A DNA stretch of 63,053 nt, the filler included, from Olpidium bornovanus S191 (taxonomy: Eukaryota > Fungi > Olpidiomycota), in NCBI GenBank assembly GCA_017911155.1. It is 30 parts of 30 records of this genome, joined end to end, with 100 filler letters (N's around TTAATTAATTAA, not from the genome) between each part and the next. Parts side by side here need not be neighbours in the genome. Positions count along the whole stretch, not along the records: positions 59,657 to 61,769 come from JAEFCI010008375.1; positions 61,870 to 63,053 come from JAEFCI010000665.1; 28 more parts are not named here. One strand, 5' to 3'. The notes beneath the pieces are model-generated. The model had not been told where the DNA came from. It worked only from the letters and a program-made list of their open reading frames with translations, and did not search any database. Shown piece by piece: positions 61,370 to 63,053 of the stretch. Within the stretch, counting starts at the first letter, position 1, and every line of letters starts with the position of its first letter. Made by a program: the position numbers and the translations under genes.

Positions 61370-63053
61370 CGGGGGGGGGGGGGCGCGGGGGGGGGGGGGG
61401 GGGGGGGGGGATCCACCCGGGGGGGGCCTGGAGGCGCTTCTTCAGAAAGCGAAACGCCATCGGTGAGGCCCGCTGAAGCACCCAGGTGGGCGGTGCGCTC
61501 TGCACAACGGAGCGGGACCCTCGCCCCGACGGACCGCACGCCGGATTTTGCGTCCTTTGCCGGGCTAGCGCTTCGCACCCCTCCGCCTGAGACCGCTTTC
61601 CGTCGCTCGTTTTCTTTTCTCCCTGCCGCCCCTTCGCGCAGGTGGGCAATCACTTACCTCGCGCAGTTGAACCCGCTCATCGCCCCGCGGAGGTCTGACC
61701 TCCGGATCCCTGGCGTATCCGAGTAACGACCCCGCTGGCCGGCGCCGCGACAACGCGACTTGACCCCCCNNNNNNNNNNNNNNNNNNNNNNNNNNNNNNN
61801 NNNNNNNNNNNNNTTAATTAATTAANNNNNNNNNNNNNNNNNNNNNNNNNNNNNNNNNNNNNNNNNNNNCATGCTAAGGGGAGCTAGTCGCCAGCCCCTC
61901 CCCGGTCCATACGCGCAACCCCGAACGCGCCGAACGTAAAAAGCCCTCCCCGAGCGATACGTAATGAGTCAGGCGGTCCAATAACGAAAAAGAGAGTGCG
62001 TGAAACAATTCCGTGTAAAGTAAAACAGTTGAGAATTGGAAGTATTCGCGTTCGCCTTCAAGCAGGGCCGGTGGGCCATTTCCCAAATCTGCCCAATTTC
62101 TAAAAGCTCCGCTTACAACACGCCTCTCACATCTTTGCTAGACGAGTCTTTCCTGCTCGTTACCGGCGGCGCTCAAAAAAAAAAAATAAAAATGGCACGC
62201 TGCAACCACCAGAAAGAAAAAGAACACATGCCGCGCCATCTAAAAAAAAGAGTATACAGATTTTAGTTCGTACCAATTAACACGAACTCAAAGGCTACGA
62301 ACTCAAGGGTTAGGGTTAGAGTTAGAGATCCTGTTCCTGTGCTCTGGCGCCGTTATGCACTTGCGTTGTCACCTCTCATAGCAGTAATTGTGTACAAATA
62401 TTTCAGCGGAGAAATTCTTACTGATACTCTCCATACATTTACATTGCCTATTGATAAAAAATATGCTTGTACACTTACAATTGGAATCTTTTCCATCATT
62501 GCACGCTCAGTGCATGCCTCAGCCAAATTGTGGTTTGAGAGGAGCGACTGGCCGGGCCTTCTAATAATGATTTCTTGGAGTGGTACTTGCCCGTGAGAAA
62601 TGTTCTTCTGGCAGTATTTCCCAGCATTCACATCAAAGCACTCTTCAAAGGTCGACAACCTTGTGCTTGCGTCCTGCCCAGAACCACGAACGGTGACTCC
62701 GCGGTTCGATCCTCCGATGCTCGTTCGTCAGGTCGCCTCCTCTCTCCTCATGCGCTCCAGGGGCAGCTGAGCGAAGATCCGCTCATCATCTGCGCACTTC
62801 CCCCTTTCCCGTCCATCTTTTTAAAAAGTCCACCTTTTCTCTAGCTCGGGACTTATCGGCCCAATTTTGCATTGGAAGGATTTTTTGTTCCGCCGCGGCC
62901 CGAGCCCGTCCCCCTCCCCCTTCCCCGCCCCGCATGAACCGCACGCCCGAGGAAGGAACTCCACCCTCTCCTTTGCCCGCTCGCCCGCCGAAACACGGTG
63001 CCCCAAGCCGGGCACACGCGTGGCGAAACCTTACCTTTGCTGCTTTTCAGCGC

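Noticed and set aside
62307-62327. GGGTTA x2 plus degenerate GAGTTA units preceded by a 10-bp direct repeat
   Set aside because: A short interstitial tract on a separate contig, with no support for telomere addition.
62330-63053. Minus-strand exon-like segments (ALKSSK|, EECFDVNAGKYC..., NHNLAEACTERAMMEK)
   Set aside because: Probably part of a gene, but I cannot fix the frames or the family.

Overview
This is not one locus. It is about 30 short (1-4.5 kb) contigs of an intron-rich, GC-rich fungal genome, joined by artificial N(~45-50)-TTAATTAATTAA-N(~44) linkers, so adjacency across linkers has no biological meaning. Gene content suggests an early-diverging, probably zoosporic fungus (inference; the assembly style recalls drafts of obligate parasites such as Olpidium, unverified). 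Recognisable genes or fragments: glutamine synthetase type III, Tom70-like, histone H2A (SQEL tail), centromeric CenH3, CEP95-like, ATM1, VPS20, HUT1, ARPC2, DED1, glucose-6-phosphate 1-epimerase, a secreted cupredoxin, an MDR reductase tail, TCD1/2 (ThiF family), mitochondrial uS11, eL20, an Sfi1-repeat protein, SAP30 and a rhomboid-like protein. There are also several orphans and degenerate Ty3/gypsy and Ty1/copia retrotransposon pieces. The most unusual items are: (1) an intronless protein with three RING fingers interleaved with a four-times repeated L-(E/D)-(L/V)-F-x2-(R/K)-x-W helix; (2) a GSIII copy in which conserved motifs, including a metal-ligand glutamate, are substituted; (3) a short-LTR element with an initiator-tRNA-half primer site apparently nested antisense in a copia gag; and (4) a hairpin flanked by direct repeats.
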